Assembly (NCBI GenBank): GCA_964658305.1
Contig: OZ210885.1
Coordinates: 3,720,001 to 3,784,000 of the forward strand
Origin: Leptogorgia sarmentosa
Taxonomy: Eukaryota
Direction: 5' to 3'
Length of the DNA: 64,000 nucleotides
Part shown: positions 62,211-64,000 of the stretch, in pieces
How the letters are laid out: every line of letters begins with the position of its first letter
Numbering within the stretch: the stretch's first letter is position 1
Notes under the pieces: model-generated
The model's database searches: none
Told to the model about the DNA's origin: nothing
What the model saw: the letters and a program-made list of their open reading frames with translations, nothing else
Position numbers and translations under genes: made by a program

Positions 62211-62296
62211 AATCTGAAAATGAAATTGACAAGGTATGATATTTTAGCTACATAGCTGGAATTAAAACTACGACCAAACGAGTTGATCAACTGAAC

Positions 62297-62517
62297 CAGG
62301 GACGTGGGAACCGGGGAGGCACAGGGGCCGTGCCCCCTACCCCCAATGTTCAGCTTCGCCCCTAGTGAACAATCTTTCATTCGTTTACCCAAAGTTTGAA
62401 CATTTCCGGCGGTCTAGAGACCCTAAATGTTCAAACTTTCCTCGCTCGGCACCAACCATGGTTCGTCCCCCCTCCTCCCCCCCCCCCCCCAATTTGGCAA
62501 ACGTTCCTATGTCCCTG
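62297..62517. mobile_element. hAT-like MITE downstream of the PNPLA2 stop codon
   Basis: TIRs are cagggacgtgggaac / gttcctatgtccctg, with a perfect 8-bp TSD aactgaac. Confidence 0.85.
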
Positions 62518-64000
62518 AACTGAACCACGCCCTGACTAAACCAAACAACGCATGCGTGGTTTTGTCCGCGTGATTTCGAAATTACCAGGTTTATTGCTAA
62601 TTTGATTTCACAAAAAAAAAATTGAAAGCGATGATCGATCTAGTAAACATCCCCCTTAGAATAGCATGATCTCTTCAACCTATCGTTCATGATGGTTTCT
62701 TTTCATTTTAGAAAATATACCTGAATCCGAAAAAAATATTCAAAAAGTAATTACAAATATGGAGGGCATCAAGATCAGAAAAAGGTTAATAATGTCATGT
62801 TGAACTTTCTCACCTATATGGAAAACCAACGTGCAAATATGTAAATATATAAATAATTTCCTATAATCTTTTTCTGATAATTTCCACAGGCACGATTAAC
62901 ACTGATAGTTACAAATAACCTCATGATTATACATGCAGATTTGAGGCCCAGTGAAACGAGAATGAGAGATGGCTGTCGTGAATTGTCATAGAGAACATTT
63001 GTAGACTTAAGGCCCCCACAGACCAGATGCGATTTGGTGACGCGACGCGTTTTTCAAGTTTTTGAAAGCGCATAAAAGAGTCCCAGAAAGTAGATTTTGG
63101 AAGCTATGTGAACCTGGTGAGTCAAGATGTTTTGCCGCTATGAAATTTTGGAAAATATTGCATCAGGGGCAAATATTTGCTTCTGAAAACTGAAAATCGA
63201 ATCGCGAAAGAGTAAAAGATTGTTTGACCATGTGTTTTCACCTCAATGAAGTACATGATTGTATTAGAAAGCATCGAGAACAGGTAACCGAGATCGCTTG
63301 ACTGAACTCTCATCCTCGTTTCACTCAGCCTAATATGTTATGCCACACACTGTATATAGTTTTTTAAAGCTCTTGTGAACCGAAATTTTCATCCAGTCAT
63401 TTTACTCCTGAATATTTGAACCACTGCACGTCTTGAACCATGGGTTATGATAGGTTATTGAAGTCATACAAGTATGGTGATTATTAATAGACCCGAAGCA
63501 ATGGGAAATTTGCGAAATATTTAACTCAGTGATGATTTGAATATAATCACTGCGCGTAATGTTTCCCAAAACTCCCAATGCACATCGAAAATTAGGGATA
63601 ATTAGCATAATCTGTCAAGGCGTGGTGTTCTTGAAGGCATGTGTGCTGTGTTAGTGTGAAGATTTACAGAATTGGTTACCAATATTCGGCGACATTTCTG
63701 TCCATACACAAAATACTGGACAAATTTTTCGTTTCATGAAAGCAATGTTATACGCGATTTTCAGGGGGGGAATTTTTTTGAATGAATTTATGTAACATAC
63801 AATTGTAATATAATGTAGTATAATATATATATTAATTGAATATAATAAACAATTATTGGATGAAGCGGAGCATGATATCAAAATTTATTCAGACCAAAGG
63901 TCAATGTTATCTTTTGGAGCGAACTATGGCCGATAACATAAGACTACGTTTGCACAACTCCTGATTACCTGATCGGTCTGAAAACGACGCAAAAGTATAT

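Overview
Eukaryotic, AT-rich, intron-containing animal DNA. The gene families and repeat landscape suggest a cnidarian, possibly an octocoral (inference only). The window is dominated by a minus-strand HPS5 (BLOC-2 subunit) orthologue that I assembled by hand into 32 GT-AG exons (15740-52394, about 1460 aa). It ends in a RING-H2 finger that vertebrate HPS5 lacks. Two of its introns host same-strand intronless gene clusters: three Cys-rich single-pass membrane proteins (Shisa/CYYR1-like) and two class A GPCRs, one of which has an early nonsense codon. Head-to-head with HPS5 is a 7-exon PNPLA2/ATGL-like patatin lipase (54082-62210). The left end has a GPCR pseudogene and three tandem intronless C2H2 zinc-finger genes (two intact, one disrupted by a MITE). 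Non-coding DNA is full of non-autonomous DNA transposons, including a three-level nest (Kolobok-like > hAT > hAT) and two 9-bp-TSD elements, one carrying a RecQ-helicase remnant (AcademH-like). There are also long foldback palindromes and a degenerate hammerhead-like insert. No rRNA, tRNA or CRISPR array was recognised. All exon structures and family assignments come from reading the sequence and from recalled family motifs, not from database searches.
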